From: Octopus vulgaris | Lineage: Eukaryota | Length of the DNA stretch: 64,000 nt | Direction: 5' to 3' | Assembly: GCA_951406725.2 (NCBI GenBank) | Contig: OX597826.1 | Coordinates: 29,698,001 to 29,762,000, forward strand | In this document: positions 62,675 through 64,000 of the stretch, in pieces | Position numbering within the stretch: position 1 is the first letter of the stretch | Layout: the number at the start of each line of letters is the position of its first letter | The notes under the pieces: generated by a model | What the model saw: the letters and a program-made list of their open reading frames with translations, nothing else | What the model was told of the DNA's origin: nothing | Databases searched by the model: none | Position numbers and translations under genes: made by a program

Positions 62675-63530
62675 TATGCATATATACATACATATATGTA
62701 CATACCTATATATGTATGTGTATATATAGGTACAGGACAAAAAAAAATGTGAGCAACATGAAAAACGAGAACATAAAAAACAAAAACATGGCAAACGACC
62801 TTTTTTTCGAACAACGAAAGAAACAAATAATGAAACGAGAGAGGCAACATGAAGAACATTCCCTTCATGAGTTGTCCCCTGTTTTATCTACATCGCGTTT
62901 CACACACACGCATAAATATTATAGGAGTTATTAGCTGCTTATTACCTAATAGTTATATATATATATGCATACACACAGTTATATCAATATGCGTATATGT
63001 ATAGATATGAATATATGCATGTTTCTATTTATGTAGAGGCTCATATGTTTATATATATATTGATTTCCAACATGTTAGATATCTCGAGGGATGCAGGAAA
63101 TGTAAAACATGTTTCATGTCAGTCGTGATGCATGTGATGTATTTTAAACATCTATTAATCAATGGTATATAGATAGATAGATAATTAGATAGATAGATAG
63201 ATAAAGATAGATAGATAGAGATAGATAGATAGAGACAGATATAGAGATAGATAGAGATAGATAGAGATAGATAGATAGAGATAGATAGATAGATAGAGAT
63301 AGAGATAGATAGATAGATAGATAGAGATAGATAGATAGAGATAGATAGATAGATAGAGATAGATAGAGATAGATAGATAGAGATAGATAGAGATAGATAG
63401 TTAGACAGAGATAGATAGATAGATAGATAGATAGACAGAGATAGATAGATATATAGATAGACAGAGATAGATAGATAGATAGACAGAGATAGATAGTTAG
63501 ATAGATAGAAGAGATAGATAGAGATAGATA
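62517..63530. repeat. (TA)n (62517-62730) and (GATA/GAGATA)n (63168-63530) microsatellites
   Basis: Directly visible. Confidence 0.9.
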
Positions 63531-64000
63531 GGAAAGCCATCTTTTTTCTATCGAGGGATTATATGCCCCTTTATTAGACTATTTTCCTAAGTCATTGCAC
63601 GGTGATCGCCACAAGCTATAAGCTCACATAAAAATGCGATTATTATTATTATTTACAGGATCGTAAAATACGGCACCGTATAACAAAACCATTCGCACCG
63701 AAAGCATATATATATATATATACACATATACATACACACACACGCACGCAAACACGCGCACATACATACACACACATACATATCCCCCCAAACGCACGCA
63801 CATACATACATACATACATACATACATACATACATACATACATACATACATACATACATAGTAGCAGAGGTACCCGGCATTGCCTGAGATTGAAATTTTT
63901 TCTTACATATTGGAAAAATAACAATAATAATAAACGAAAATATGAAATTTACCATTTTTATGAAAGGAAATAAATTCTACCACATATGTCGAATGAAATT

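Noticed and set aside
880-63955. Many ORFs rich in C/V/Y/M or H/T/I (e.g. 4131-4909, 8918-9904, 19120-19631, 52161-52786, 62403-63955)
   Set aside because: They are translations of (CA)n, (TA)n and (GATA)n microsatellites, open in several frames, with no protein signal.

Overview
AT-rich, microsatellite- and SINE-dense eukaryotic DNA. The SINE repertoire suggests an octopus genome (inference), and I can support no host gene. The core is a ~19.4 kb head-to-tail retrotransposon array (26981-46391) of seven same-strand units in the order S-S-L-S-S-S-L. The two L units (~5.3 kb) are L1/Tx1-clade LINEs (ORF1 with zinc knuckle; ORF2 with APE endonuclease, RT and CCHC). The five S units (~1.77 kb) encode only a divergent ORF1 and share the L 5' motif (acacggcggaaatc) and 3' tail (tgtattgtcc..tct.tgttcgccccttgtgggta.taataaaa). 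The array splits an older ORF1 relic at a degenerate copy of the same junction motif. A tRNA-derived SINE subfamily elsewhere in the window carries a similar 3' tail and is repeatedly joined to one fixed site in its own head. The rest of the window holds a tRNA-headed repeat carrying a minimal hammerhead ribozyme, further Penelope-type hammerheads, a Penelope GIY-YIG fragment, several mariners (one full-length), a deleted Helitron and modular SINEs. All alignments were read by eye, and boundaries of degraded repeats are approximate.
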